Shown: piece after piece, positions 1 to 10,761 of the stretch | How the letters are laid out: each line of letters opens with the position of its first letter | Numbering within the stretch: the first letter of the stretch is position 1 | DNA from: an uncultured delta proteobacterium | GTDB lineage: Bacteria > Desulfobacterota > WTBG01 | Direction: 5' to 3' | Assembly: GCA_963793865.1 (NCBI GenBank) | Contig: CAWCBP010000001.1 | Span: 390,816 to 454,815 of the forward strand | Length of the DNA: 64,000 bases | Notes under the pieces: generated by a model | Told to the model about the DNA's origin: nothing | Seen by the model: the letters and a program-made list of their open reading frames with translations, nothing else | Database searches by the model: none | Translations under genes and position numbers: made by a program

Positions 1-331
1 TCTCTACCCCTTGCTGGGACGCCGGCTGCAAAATGACATTGTTTATGTTTCGGCCCGATATAAATGGGACGTGCCCACCTGGCTGAACCGGGGAGAATTA
101 AGGGGGGATGATGCTGCCATCTGGCGCTTTAATCTAAAAACCAAAAACGTTGATTATGTTGTTGTGGCAGATCCCATAGCGTACCCCTTTTTAAAGAGTC
201 AGAAAGAACTCACGCAGGGATTGTGGCCGATCGAACTGGGCTGGATGGAGAAGGATCCCGGCACTTTCAAACATGTTTTTGAAGATCGCTATTGTAAAAT
301 ATTTCAATGTGTAAAGCGGAATGGCCAATAA
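1..331 (+). CDS. C-terminal fragment of a GT-C fold (family 39/ArnT-like) membrane glycosyltransferase; the 5' end lies outside the window
   Basis: ORF is open to the window edge. Its C-terminal ~100 aa (QNDIVYVSA..VDYVVVADP..IELGWM) are clearly paralogous to the C-terminus of the 619-aa protein at 2584-4443 (QNQIVYVSA..VDYILVAKP..IELLWM). Confidence 0.5.
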   Translation, partial: LYPLLGRRLQNDIVYVSARYKWDVPTWLNRGELRGDDAAIWRFNLKTKNVDYVVVADPIAYPFLKSQKELTQGLWPIELGWMEKDPGTFKHVFEDRYCKIFQCVKRNGQ

Positions 332-345
332 CTCTGGGCGGGACT

Positions 346-1948
346 TTATTTTTTTATAAATATAAAGGCGAGAGGGACGCCGTCCCGCTCAATCACCTTG
401 AGGGCCTCCTCCTTTGCGGGTATCACTTTCATGCCTCTCGTGAACATAAAGATGTAGTCCGCCAGGTCGGGAGGAACATTGATTATATTTTTTGCCTGAT
501 ACACGGTATAGTGTATGCCGCCGATGTGGATCCTGTAATATTTGTCCTTGTCGGTTGCAATGTTTTCCTTAAACCAGTTGATTGCTTCATTATATGATGC
601 GCCCCAATATTCAGTGTCGTAGAGTGTGTGTGCTCCCTTGAGTCCTCCGATCAGGGCGTTAAAATAAATGTATTCATAGGGATGAAGGGCGACCATGGTT
701 ATTGCAATAACCATGGCGTTAACCAAGATGAGGAGTCCGACACTTGCGGTGACGTACCATTTTTTGATCAGCGAGAGATATTCGATGATGGTGATGAGGG
801 CCAGTGCCGCCAGGGCGGGCAGCATAAAAGAAACAGCCGGATCCCGTCGTAGGCAACGGGTCTCACCATCAGGTATGCCGCGCTGTTGATGATGATGATC
901 AGCAGCGATAAAATAAACAATCGGTTGTGAAACTTTTTTCCTAGAAGGAAAGGTGAAAGAAGCGCGGGAACAAGTATCATGAGCGGGGTGGTTATGGCAA
1001 GCCAGGTGGTAAAATAGCTCCCGGGCAATTTTGTGGCTTCCACCATGTCCCCCCGGTACAGGACCGGTTCATTCCAGGTATAGATGCGTTCGATTGCCAG
1101 TATTTCCTTTATGTTGGGGATGATATTCATGCTCAGGAACGGCCAGGTCAGCAGGGAAAAAAGCAGAGCCACCGCTCCGGTGAGAATGATACTTTGCAGA
1201 TGCTCTGAAAAAAAGGCCCGCCATGCGCCCATCCGCGTGTGGCGCTGCCATTGTCACTATAAAAGGCGTAGGCATCAAATATAAAGAGTATGGCATAGAG
1301 GGTTATCCCGACGGTTCTGAGATTCTGGGATATGCCGAACAGCAGCCCCAGTGTCAGTATTTTGCCGAACGATTTTCTGTATGACGCCAGGCAGTAAATC
1401 GCCACGCAGCTGATGAAATACATCACTGCAAATGGCGTGTCTTTGGGGTTTGCCGGGATGTCTCCGGTGAAGCGGGGCATTAAAAACAGCAGGACCCGTC
1501 CCATGATGGCAACATACTGGTTGCGGTACTGCTTAAAGAGGACGAAATAGAGCGCAACGAAAACAGGCAGCGCAAGGAGGGTGTTTAAAAGATGATAGCG
1601 GTCAATTGATTTATCCTTATTTAGCATAAACAGCAGCATGGGATAGAAACCGCTGTAGTGGCAAAAATCGTAGAGGGACCGATAGGTTATGGTGAAATCA
1701 CCTTGGGCGGACATCGGCTTACTCTGAATGTCCCGGGACCCGTCCTGCTTGTTGAAATCAAATGGGCGGTTAACCTGTTTGTGAAAAATGTGGCTGTACG
1801 CTCTTACGCCCCGGTTATAGTTGACCGGCTCGTCCCAGGTAAGCCCGAAATCCTTATAGGTGCTTACCGCAAGGAAAACATACAGGATGATAAAAAGCAA
1901 AATGGTGAAATGCCGCTTCAGCCGGCAAAAAACACTTTTGCCCGACAC
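346..1948 (-). pseudogene. GT-C fold (ArnT/PMT-like) membrane glycosyltransferase, split into three frames (1948-1148, 1232-768, 825-346)
   Basis: Three consecutive minus-strand ORFs overlap in different frames. All are polytopic and hydrophobic, and the first carries the extracytoplasmic-loop motif LTWDEP typical of GT-C enzymes. The frame switches fall in an 85-nt ORF overlap that contains A6/A7 runs (gggaaaaaagc, tgaaaaaaaggcc at 1150-1215) and at a cataaaagaaa run near 790-830. Confidence 0.5.
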
Positions 1949-2583
1949 GTGTTTTTTTACCTCCCCACTCCCGGCGCGGGGAGAAATATATTATGTGTTG
2001 ATTGCGTCGCGCCGAAATGGATGAAAATGTTGCGGGGCATGCGGTTCCGCAAGTAAACGAGGCTCGTTCCGCGCACCCGCACCGTTGCGTCAGCGGGCGG
2101 GTAATGCCCGACAATAATGGCACGATGCGCAAAAAAATAGCGCAAGACACCTGAAAAAGCCAGAAAAATTTGTAATGATCACGGCGGAGAAATTCCTCGC
2201 CAGGAACCTACAGTGACTGATAAAAATGCCGTGTATGCTCATAAGCTTACGCCTTATGCAAAGGGACGTCCTTGATGATATCTAACGTGTTTGCAGGCTG
2301 CATTGTCTTTCTGGCAACCAATCTATCATTGCTCTATGCCTCTCACCTCATGGTCATGAGATTTTATCGGGATGCCACCGCTGGACCCCCCGATTGGTCG
2401 CCCTGGGAGTTTTATATTATGCTTTTATAATAGCTCTTTTCCAGCTGCTGTCGCCGTTTTATGCCATCACCAAGACTTGGATGACCATAGTGTGTCTTAT
2501 CATCGTGCTGATAACCCACCTGCGTTGGGGTGGGTTGAGCAGTGTCAGGGCTGAGATTCTGTGCGCTGTTGCCTGGGTGAGAG

Positions 2584-4443
2584 ATGGCCTCAAATCAAGG
2601 TGGTCAGCGCTTATCGTGTGCTGCGGGTTTGTTGTTTGGGGTTTTATTCTTTCTTTCCCGTGCTCTGCTTATGCCGCCTCTTGCCTGGGATTGCTTAACC
2701 TATCACCTAACCTTTGCCGCGCTTTGGATACAAAAAGGGACCCTGTTTATTTTTCACGCCCCGGATCAAATCGCAGATAATGCGTATTTTCCCATTAATG
2801 GCGACATATTTGCGTCCTGGCTGCTGCTGCCGTTTAACAGCGATCTACTGGTCAACATCATGAATTTCCCTGTTACGCTCCTTGGCGGGATTGCGTGTTA
2901 TGCCATTGCGAGGGAACTGGGATTGGGGCGGCGAGCTGCGGCCTGGGCCCCCGCGCTGATATGTTTTTCACCGGTGATCTATTCCCAGGTGACCACCGCA
3001 TTATCGGAGAATTCTCTGTTCGCCTTCTATGTTGCAGGCGTGCTTTTTACCCTGAGGTATCTCCTGAATGGCAGGAGCATTGAGGGCGTCCTTGCGGCTG
3101 TTTCAGCCGGTATGCTGATCGGCATAAAACAAACCGGCATTCCCGCAGCCGGGATCATCTTTATTGCCATAGCGACGAAGGCCCTGCGGACGGCTGATTG
3201 CTCCGGCGCAGCGAAAAAGTCTGCCCTGCTTCTCTCGAGTTTGATCATTATAGTAGCGCTCGGGGGGCGGCAATATATTCTCAACAGCATTGACGCGAGA
3301 AACCCCTTGTATCCCTTTCCCGTTACCGCCCTGAATCAGGAGATCTTTGCGGGTTCGCTCGAATGGGAACAGCATGGACAGTGGGTTATGGATTTTGAGC
3401 AAAAATCCGGTCTGGTTAAAAGAAATTGGTGGACGCGGGAACTCAGGCGATTGTGTTACATTAAGGATTATTACTCGACCTACCCGATAACCGCCGGCCC
3501 CAAATTTCTTCTCCTCCTGATTCTTGCGATTGCATCGCTTTTCGTGAGGCCGCCCGGTATATCCAGGAGGCACTGGTATTTTTTATCACTGCTGTGGATT
3601 GTGCCGGCCGTATTGTTCTATTCCACCGGCGCGACCAATATTGCAAGAAAGGGTCCGTGGGTGGAGTATAGCACCCGATTTCTGTCACCGTTGCTCGCCC
3701 TTGTGGCCATCCTCAGCCTGGTGGTCATTGAAAGGTGGAGAAGGCATTTCCGGGGGGCGGATTTTTTTCTGGCGGCACTGGTCGGATGGGATCTCCTTTA
3801 CGTCAATGCGACGCATCTGTGGGAGATCAGGGCGTTGTACCCGGCAGTGGCGTTGATTGTACCAGCGCTGGTAATCGCATTCAGCCGTGCCTCGGGAAGA
3901 GGAATGTTTTTTTTCAGAAAGGTCTTTCCTGTTCATGAGGGGCGGGTGGAAAAGGCTTTTCCCGGGCTGCCGAAGGTGATTTCACGGCAGTGCATACCCT
4001 GGGCCCTGGCTTTTGTCCTTTTTGTTGCTGTGCTGTCCGCGCTTCAGCATTACCGCGATACTACCAGGTATGTGTATTTTCAAAATCATTATGATCATCA
4101 ACAAATACCGACCGCATTGATAAGCGGGTGGGAGCTTCTTGACCGCCTTGATGACCCGAAGACCGTGGCCATGACCATGGGCGACGAACCCCCCGACGGT
4201 CATTGGTTTTTTTATCCCTTGCTTGGCAGGAGGTTTCAAAACCAGATTGTGTATGTATCAGCAAAACACAATAGAGAGGTTCCTGCCTGGTTTGACCGAG
4301 GTTTTATAAGGGGGGAAGACTTCTCAATATGGCTGAACAATGTACAGATGGAAAAGGTTGATTATATTCTTGTCGCCAAGCCATGGCCCATTGAATTGCT
4401 TTGGATGTTAAGACAACAAAGAAAAGTTTCAGCGCGTCTTTGA
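2584..4443 (+). CDS. GT-C fold (family 39/83-like) membrane glycosyltransferase, 619 aa
   Basis: The N-terminal half has many TM helices and a first-loop PPLAWDCLTYH motif. The C-terminal soluble domain is paralogous to the fragment at 1-331. An upstream ORF at 2394-2780 in another frame is hydrophobic and could be an N-terminal extension lost by a frameshift. Confidence 0.6.
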   Translation: MASNQGGQRLSCAAGLLFGVLFFLSRALLMPPLAWDCLTYHLTFAALWIQKGTLFIFHAPDQIADNAYFPINGDIFASWLLLPFNSDLLVNIMNFPVTLLGGIACYAIARELGLGRRAAAWAPALICFSPVIYSQVTTALSENSLFAFYVAGVLFTLRYLLNGRSIEGVLAAVSAGMLIGIKQTGIPAAGIIFIAIATKALRTADCSGAAKKSALLLSSLIIIVALGGRQYILNSIDARNPLYPFPVTALNQEIFAGSLEWEQHGQWVMDFEQKSGLVKRNWWTRELRRLCYIKDYYSTYPITAGPKFLLLLILAIASLFVRPPGISRRHWYFLSLLWIVPAVLFYSTGATNIARKGPWVEYSTRFLSPLLALVAILSLVVIERWRRHFRGADFFLAALVGWDLLYVNATHLWEIRALYPAVALIVPALVIAFSRASGRGMFFFRKVFPVHEGRVEKAFPGLPKVISRQCIPWALAFVLFVAVLSALQHYRDTTRYVYFQNHYDHQQIPTALISGWELLDRLDDPKTVAMTMGDEPPDGHWFFYPLLGRRFQNQIVYVSAKHNREVPAWFDRGFIRGEDFSIWLNNVQMEKVDYILVAKPWPIELLWMLRQQRKVSARL

Positions 4444-4667
4444 TCACAAGGAATTTAAAATTTTCAAATATGCAGGCAGCACTGCGCAAGATCATGAAAA
4501 AAACGAACCATCCGGCAACGCTGCATAATCTATCGCTTGCCTTGCCCATCCGGCACAGGGGAATCAGCTGGAGGGGTGAGCCGTCCTCCATCCACGAGAA
4601 AGCGGCGATGCCTTTCTGACAAACCTCCTTCATTGATTTACCGCACGTCGTGTGCCCCGTATCTGCT

Positions 4668-5833
4668 TTAGAAGCGAACTCTTAATTTTCTCCTTATGGG
4701 ATTTTCGATAAATTTGTATATCAGAAAAGATAACGGCACAATTGAAATCATAAGCACTGCAATGGTGCCGATTTCTCCCAGAGATGCAAGAATAGATTGT
4801 TTGTTAAGCTCCAATAACCTCCACAACAGTTGATGAAACATAAAAATTGAAAAGCCAAGCTCTCCCAAAAAAACAAAAAGAGGTTTGGTTAAAATGTTGG
4901 AGAAGAAGCCCTTTTCAAGCGCAAAGGTTATGATCACTAAGAAAACCGGTATGGCACTGGCAAGGTAGTTTACATTAAGCAGATCCAGGCTCTTTGCAAA
5001 AGGGAAATTAAAACCAGCAGCGCTTGCCGCAGGAACCGTGTTACACAGCTCCAGAAAATAAAGTCCACGATGGAAAGCAACGCGATGCTTTCCAATAGGG
5101 TTGCCAGAATATTACCGATCGAGCGTTGGAGAGATGTATGATATTTGATAAAAAATAGTGCAGCAGCGACGCCGCATAAGCATACGAGAAGCCTGTTGAG
5201 CGGAAAGATATAAAGCAGCCACAGCGCGTTGGCATTGCTGTGACTTTCAATATAGCTCATTGATACGATCAGGGTTGAAAGGGATAAGCAAAACAGCCAC
5301 AGCAGATTTCTTGGTTTATTGTTTGCAAAGGCGAAAATCGCGTAAAAGAAAAAAAGCGTTGATATCATCCAGCTCACGGCGTTAAACGAAAAATATATTA
5401 ACTCGGATGGAAAATACGATTGAAGCAGCAGCATATTTATAATGGCAATGGATATTTGTATCGGTTGATGCCACAGGACCACGATGAATGTACTAAAAAA
5501 AAATGTGCATATATGTACCGGATATATCCTTACGACTCTGTTCCAAAGAAAGCGAAGGGATTCCCTTGTTGTTGAGAACCTGTCATAGTTCAACTTGATG
5601 ACAAATCCGGATAGAAAGAGAAAAAAAGTCACCCCTATGACGCCAAAATTCACAAAGCGCGGATTGCTCAATATGTCCGGTTGGAATGACAGCCTCAGAT
5701 GATGCAGAGCTATGAACATTACGGCAAAGAAGCGAAGTGATGTAAGGCTTGCGGGATGTATTATCCGTGCTTTGGAATTTTGCGTATCAACACTCATGAT
5801 GTGAAGTGGCGGGGACTCGTGCGGTTCGATCAC
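4668..5833 (-). CDS. Acyltransferase 3 (OafA/NolL-like) family membrane O-acyltransferase, split by a frameshift or stop between 4937 and 4970
   Basis: The 287-aa piece has the AT3 hallmarks FFAVMFIALHH and VSWMISTLFFFY plus multiple TM helices. The downstream 89-aa ORF, in another frame, carries the typical AT3 C-terminal segment (FMFHQLLWRLL..FIENP). Confidence 0.6.
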
Positions 5834-5849
5834 GTTCCTGTTTATGAGT

Positions 5850-7028
5850 TTATTGTTCGGTCAGACGCTTATAAATCTTCATATACTCCTGAATCCTGCC
5901 ATCCCAGTTGAATCGTTCCAGTGCCATTGCTCGGGAATACTGAGCCATGTGATCGTAAAGTTGTTTCTCCCGTAGGATCTGCTTAACGGCCTGTCTGATG
6001 GCTGCCGGAGTGGGGTCGACCAGTTTTACCCTTTCTCCATCAATGTAGTTGAGATAAAAAGGATCGTTGCTGGTTATGACGGGCAACCCGCAAGCCATGG
6101 CCTCCATCAAAACCAGGGAAAACACATCTTCTCCCGCGGCTGCCAGCACAAACACATCGCACGCCTGGTAGACCTTGATTAACTGTTCCTGGGGCATGGG
6201 TTCGAGAACCGTCACCCTGCCGGGCGCCTTTTTGATATACGGCTCAAAATCCCCCCTGCTTACCACTACCAGCCGGTAAGTGGGGTCGGCGGCACCGATA
6301 AAGATATCCAGCCCTTTTTTGGGCACAAATCTTCCGATACTGAGGATTAATTTTTCATCGAGCGGGAGCTGAAGCTCCTTCCTCAAGGCCGTTCTTTCCT
6401 CAGCGCTGACCGGGTGAAAGGCATCGGTGTCCACACCGTTGGAGATATATTCAATCCTTTTTTCCTCAATGCCCATTTCCATGAGCATCTTCTTAAGCGG
6501 CATGCTTAACGTTGTAATCTGATCGCTGCGTGCCAGATTCCCCTTACCGATATAAAGCGAAATGGATTCCAGCGTCCCGATGACCGATCCCTTGCAAAAA
6601 TTGCCGATCCTGACCGCAAGCCCGGAACCGGCCTTGGGTCTGAAATGATATTTGTCGGGGGCGGTCTGCGTTAAAACAACTGGTTTGCCATAATGCTTTG
6701 CCATCCTGACTGCTGCAATCGAGCTGAGATAGAGCATGCCGTGGACGTGAACAATATCTGCCCGGGTAATCTCTCTTCTCAGCACGCTCAGCAGAGCAGG
6801 TGAAAAGATGGGGTAGGGGATGCCGAACGTTTCAAGAAAATTGACCGCCTTGACCCTGACCACTTTCACGCCGTCCTTCACCTCTTCAGGCGGGGAATGA
6901 TGGAGGTTGCTAGAAACCATGGTGACATGGTGGCCGAGACGCACATAGCGCTTTGCCTGCTCGAAAGCCCCGACATCGGTTCCGGTGATGTGGGGAAAAA
7001 GGTAATGAACGACGATGACAATATTCAT
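5850..7028 (-). CDS. Glycosyltransferase family 4 (GT-B, RfaG-like)
   Basis: 392 aa. The C-terminal part has the EX7E-like region (VLAAAGEDVFSLVLMEAMACGLPVI), typical of GT4/Glycos_transf_1. Confidence 0.8.
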   Translation of the reverse strand: MNIVIVVHYLFPHITGTDVGAFEQAKRYVRLGHHVTMVSSNLHHSPPEEVKDGVKVVRVKAVNFLETFGIPYPIFSPALLSVLRREITRADIVHVHGMLYLSSIAAVRMAKHYGKPVVLTQTAPDKYHFRPKAGSGLAVRIGNFCKGSVIGTLESISLYIGKGNLARSDQITTLSMPLKKMLMEMGIEEKRIEYISNGVDTDAFHPVSAEERTALRKELQLPLDEKLILSIGRFVPKKGLDIFIGAADPTYRLVVVSRGDFEPYIKKAPGRVTVLEPMPQEQLIKVYQACDVFVLAAAGEDVFSLVLMEAMACGLPVITSNDPFYLNYIDGERVKLVDPTPAAIRQAVKQILREKQLYDHMAQYSRAMALERFNWDGRIQEYMKIYKRLTEQ

Positions 7029-7044
7029 TGGTATCCTTTCGTTT

Positions 7045-7842
7045 CTATAACGGCTTCCTTGATGCTACGGCTATCCCGGAACCTTTTGACCGTGACGAGC
7101 GCAGAAAAAGCACATCCAGCTTGCACATGGCCAGCAAAAGAGGGAAAAGCAATTTATAGAGCGTAAAAGATCGTTTAGTGTTAAGCGACTGAATGTCCGC
7201 CCACGTCCATGCCTTCTGGCCCATTGCCACCCGCCGCACCGCCAGGTGCGCGATGGAGATGATATCCAGCATCAACTTTGAAAAAAAGTGGCAAAAATAC
7301 CGGTGGCCGCACATCATCATGCCGGTCTTGTCCAGTGCATGTGAGAGCCCCGCCAGGGTATACCCCTTCCGGACATGCTTTTCCGGACCGTCATAATCAT
7401 GCACCGTTTTAATGTTGAGTGAATCAATGAGGGTGGGAAAGGTAAAGTCGGAGCAGGGGACAGTAATGACCAGAACCCCGCCGGGCTTGAGAATCCTTGC
7501 AATTTCACAGAGGGCTTTGCCGTCTTCGCTTATGTGTTCCAGTACCTCGGCGCAGAGAATCTTGTCAAACGACCCGGACCGGAAGGGGAGGGTTTCCGCA
7601 GTTGAGTTAACCAGTGAAACCCTGCCTCTATTACCCGCTTTGACCGCAAGGAGATTTTCAAGTGAAATGTCCAGGCAGAAGGTGAAATCGTTTTCTACAG
7701 CAATGCCTTCCGCCAGGTACCCGCTGCCCGATCCCACGTCCAGAACTTTCTCCCCCTTCTGCACCTGCAGCATGGAGTCTATGATAGGTCGTCGTATCCG
7801 GGTATGAAGGTCATAGACTGAAACATTGGTAGCGGTGCTCAT
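7045..7842 (-). CDS. Class I SAM-dependent methyltransferase (Methyltransf_11/25 type)
   Basis: Motif I VLDVGSGSGYLAE and a post-I acidic residue are present, along with the SFDKILCAEVLEHI motif. Its start overlaps the stop of the upstream GT2 gene by 4 nt. Confidence 0.8.
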   Translation of the reverse strand: MSTATNVSVYDLHTRIRRPIIDSMLQVQKGEKVLDVGSGSGYLAEGIAVENDFTFCLDISLENLLAVKAGNRGRVSLVNSTAETLPFRSGSFDKILCAEVLEHISEDGKALCEIARILKPGGVLVITVPCSDFTFPTLIDSLNIKTVHDYDGPEKHVRKGYTLAGLSHALDKTGMMMCGHRYFCHFFSKLMLDIISIAHLAVRRVAMGQKAWTWADIQSLNTKRSFTLYKLLFPLLLAMCKLDVLFLRSSRSKGSGIAVASRKPL

Positions 7843-9020
7843 CGTGCTTTTTCTTCTTCTGCCAGGCGCAACAAGGCAAGAATTCTGCGTACGATGCCGA
7901 GTGCTATCGCCTGCAGCCCAACGAGCACTAGAAAGGCACCGGTCACTACGTATACCCAGGGGATATCAATCTTTCCGGTGTTGAGATACTGCCAGATGGT
8001 CTTGTAGTTAAGCATTATCCCAAGCAGCGCGACTACCGCACCGAAAATGATCAGCTTGCGCTGGGAGAGAGCCCGGTATAGTATCGATTTGAATCCCCTG
8101 GCCCGGTTATTGCTTTTGTGAATCAACTGAATGACGTCATCAGAGATGATCCCCACCGTGAAAAGACCGATGCTGGTTACGATAAGCACCATAACCGTCA
8201 CCAGCCGGTAGATCATATAGTCGGGGATCAGCCGGAACTTGAGGTAGTAGAAAAGCGGGTACAGCCCGTAGAGGAAGCCGGCAAGAAAGGCTATGATGCC
8301 CGCAATGCCAAAAAACTTAAAGGGCTTATAGGTTAAGGCGATGTCGATAATGGTCTTTAAAAAGCGCATGCCGTCCTGAAGCACCCCGAGCTTGGATCTG
8401 CCGACCCGTTCCTCGTACCTCATGGGAATTTCAGCGATGGTCAGGTTTTGATCCAGCACAGCCCGGCAGCTCATGGCGGGGGTGAAATGAAGGCCGTCCG
8501 GTAACGGGTACAGCTTCTTGAGCGAGCTCTTCTTGATTACCCGCATGCCGCTGGCGGAGTCGGTTATGGCGGTGTTTCCCAGAAAATTGATCAGGGCAGC
8601 GTAGAAGCGGTTTCCCACTTTTCTGATGGTGGGCATCTTGCTCTCAGGGGTCATTCGCGATCCGATGACTATATCCGCGTCTTCCTCTATGAGCTTTCTG
8701 CACATGCCAATGAAATAGCGGGGATCACAGGTGCCGTCGGCATCAAGGAACCCAACAAGTGATCCCGTTGCCTTTTCAAAGCCGGTTTTGATGGCAGCGC
8801 CATATCCCCGGTTTTTCGCGTAGGAAATGAGGGTTATGTCACTGAATTCACCGGCAATCTCGGCGGTCCGATCATGGCTGCCGTCATTGACCACAATAAC
8901 TTCAACCTCTGTCAAAGGCGTTTCCCGAACCATGTTTTCACGCTCCGCGAGACAACGCCTGATTATGGCCCCGATTGCATCTTCTTCATTATAGGCAGGT
9001 ATGACGATTGACAGTTTCAT
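7839..9020 (-). CDS. Family 2 glycosyltransferase of the polyprenol-phosphate sugar synthase type (GtrB/ArnC/DPM1-like) with a C-terminal TM domain
   Basis: The N-terminal GT-A domain reads MKLSIVIPAYNEE...VIVVNDGSHDRT...DADG. The C-terminal ~120 aa form 3-4 TM helices. It lies next to GT-C transferases, consistent with a Und-P-sugar donor/transferase pair. Confidence 0.75.
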   Translation of the reverse strand: MKLSIVIPAYNEEDAIGAIIRRCLAERENMVRETPLTEVEVIVVNDGSHDRTAEIAGEFSDITLISYAKNRGYGAAIKTGFEKATGSLVGFLDADGTCDPRYFIGMCRKLIEEDADIVIGSRMTPESKMPTIRKVGNRFYAALINFLGNTAITDSASGMRVIKKSSLKKLYPLPDGLHFTPAMSCRAVLDQNLTIAEIPMRYEERVGRSKLGVLQDGMRFLKTIIDIALTYKPFKFFGIAGIIAFLAGFLYGLYPLFYYLKFRLIPDYMIYRLVTVMVLIVTSIGLFTVGIISDDVIQLIHKSNNRARGFKSILYRALSQRKLIIFGAVVALLGIMLNYKTIWQYLNTGKIDIPWVYVVTGAFLVLVGLQAIALGIVRRILALLRLAEEEKAR

Positions 9021-9040
9021 GTGCTTTAAGGAGTGAGGTT

Positions 9041-9853
9041 TCAGTTAGTTTGCAGCGGTGTCCCCTGCTGGTCCCATGAAAGCCATTCGCCGACCCGCTG
9101 GCCGTCCTTGTATTCTCCCTCGGTTTTCTTTTGGCCGTTGTCATGCCAGGTGGTGTGCCTGCCGTTCTTTTTACCGTTCAGGTACTCACCCTCGGAGGCC
9201 TTCGCGCCGTTTTCGTACCAGTAGGTAAAGAACCCGTTCTCTTTGCCCTCCTTGAATTCGCCTTCCCAGTACTTTGCGCCGTTTTCATACCAGCACTCCC
9301 ATTTTCCGGTCTGCTGGCTGTTTTCCAGAGCGCCCTCATTTTTCTTCTTTCCGTTAGCGTACCAGCTGGTGCTTGTTCCGCTTTTCAGGTTGTCCGTGAA
9401 TATCGACTCTGATTTTTTCTGACCGTTGTCATACCAGTCGGTCCAGGTGCCGTTTCTCTTGTCGTCCTGATAGGCGCCTTCCGACTTTTTCTTGCCGTTA
9501 TCATGCCATTCAATCCATAATCCCGTCTTTTTATCCTCCTGGTAAGCACCCTCGGATTCTTTCTGCCCGTTTTCATACCAGAAGGTGTGTTTGCCGTCCT
9601 GCTTGCCGTCTTTAAAGTTTCCCTGCTGCCGCTGCTTGCCGTTCTCATACCAGCTTGCGTAGCTGCCGTGCTTTATGAAATTACCGGAGGCGTCCTTCTT
9701 CACCTCATATTTTTCCTTCAGCTGGCCGTTGTCATAGCGGGTTTCCAGTTTCCGTGAGCACCCAAAAAGGCAGAGTGACGCGGCGAGCACGGTCAGTGCA
9801 ATCGCGATAAGGGTTTGAGATGTCATTGTTCTTGTACCCGGCTTCATGCTCAT
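9041..9853 (-). CDS. Lipoprotein made of MORN_2 (YwqK-type) repeats
   Basis: The signal peptide ends in the lipobox LFGC-S. About 10 units of a ~23-aa repeat (W(Y/H)(E/D)NGxKKSEGxYxDxKxxGxW) follow. Confidence 0.6.
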   Translation of the reverse strand: MSMKPGTRTMTSQTLIAIALTVLAASLCLFGCSRKLETRYDNGQLKEKYEVKKDASGNFIKHGSYASWYENGKQRQQGNFKDGKQDGKHTFWYENGQKESEGAYQEDKKTGLWIEWHDNGKKKSEGAYQDDKRNGTWTDWYDNGQKKSESIFTDNLKSGTSTSWYANGKKKNEGALENSQQTGKWECWYENGAKYWEGEFKEGKENGFFTYWYENGAKASEGEYLNGKKNGRHTTWHDNGQKKTEGEYKDGQRVGEWLSWDQQGTPLQTN

Positions 9854-9948
9854 ATCCTCCTTTAATAGTGGCCCTGGTTCAAATTATAGTGTACAATGAT
9901 ATACTATATTTAATGAAAAATCAACGAAATAAAGGTACAGGGTCATCC

Positions 9949-10761
9949 ATGCGCTTCGGCTTTCACATATCCATTGCCCAGGGAATTGCCAGTGTCATAG
10001 AGAAGGCACGGCAAACACGCTGTGAAACCATACAACTCTTCTCCCGCAATCCCCGGGGATGGAAATTTAAAAACCTTTCCGCCGACCAGGTTGAAGGCTT
10101 TAAAGCGCAGCTCGAGAAATCAGGCATTTCACCCTGCATTTTGCACCTTCCCTATCTTCCCAACCTTGCCTCCGCCAACCCGGACCTGTACGCCAAGTCT
10201 GTTGATTCACTCTGCGCGGACCTGGTCAGGGCAGGGGCGCTCACCATACCGTTTGTGGTCGCCCACGTGGGAAAGCGGCTGGAGCTGAGCGAAGGCAGGG
10301 CCATGGCGCGGGTTGCCGCGGCCATTAACAGGTCATTAAAGAAGGTTCCCAATGATGTGATGATATTGCTGGAAAATACCGCGGGGCAGGGGACAGAGCT
10401 GGGCGCGAACTTCGCGGAACTGGGGGAGATCCTTTCCCGCGTTGATGACCGGCGCAGGGTCGGCGTTTGCCTGGACGTGGCGCACGCCTTCCAGGCGGGT
10501 TACGATGTCTCGACGCTAAAGGGGCTTGATGGGACCCTCGCCGAGTTCGATAGGCTGATCGGCCTTAAGCATCTGCACCTCCTCCATCTCAATGATTCAA
10601 AAACACCCCTGGGCTCCCGCGCTGACCGGCACTGGCATATCGGCAAGGGGCACATCGGCCTGGAGGGGTTCCGGAATATCGTGAACCATCCGCTGCTCGT
10701 TCACCTTCCCGGCATCATGGAAACACCGAGAGCGGACACAAGGATGATAGGAGGAATATGA
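9949..10761 (+). CDS. nfo: Endonuclease IV (deoxyribonuclease IV, AP endonuclease family 2)
   Basis: The MRFGFHISIA start and the HLPYL, FVVAHVG, ILLENTAGQG and LDVAHAF motifs are present. The ATG at 9949 is in frame within the longer ORF 9820-10761. Choosing it removes the overlap with the divergent gene. Confidence 0.8.
   Translation: MRFGFHISIAQGIASVIEKARQTRCETIQLFSRNPRGWKFKNLSADQVEGFKAQLEKSGISPCILHLPYLPNLASANPDLYAKSVDSLCADLVRAGALTIPFVVAHVGKRLELSEGRAMARVAAAINRSLKKVPNDVMILLENTAGQGTELGANFAELGEILSRVDDRRRVGVCLDVAHAFQAGYDVSTLKGLDGTLAEFDRLIGLKHLHLLHLNDSKTPLGSRADRHWHIGKGHIGLEGFRNIVNHPLLVHLPGIMETPRADTRMIGGI

Noticed and set aside
2394-2780. Hydrophobic ORF upstream of, and overlapping, the GT-C gene in another frame
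   Set aside because: It could be a lost N-terminal extension (another frameshift). However, the 2584 ATG already gives a GT-C-typical first TM plus loop motif, so I did not merge them.
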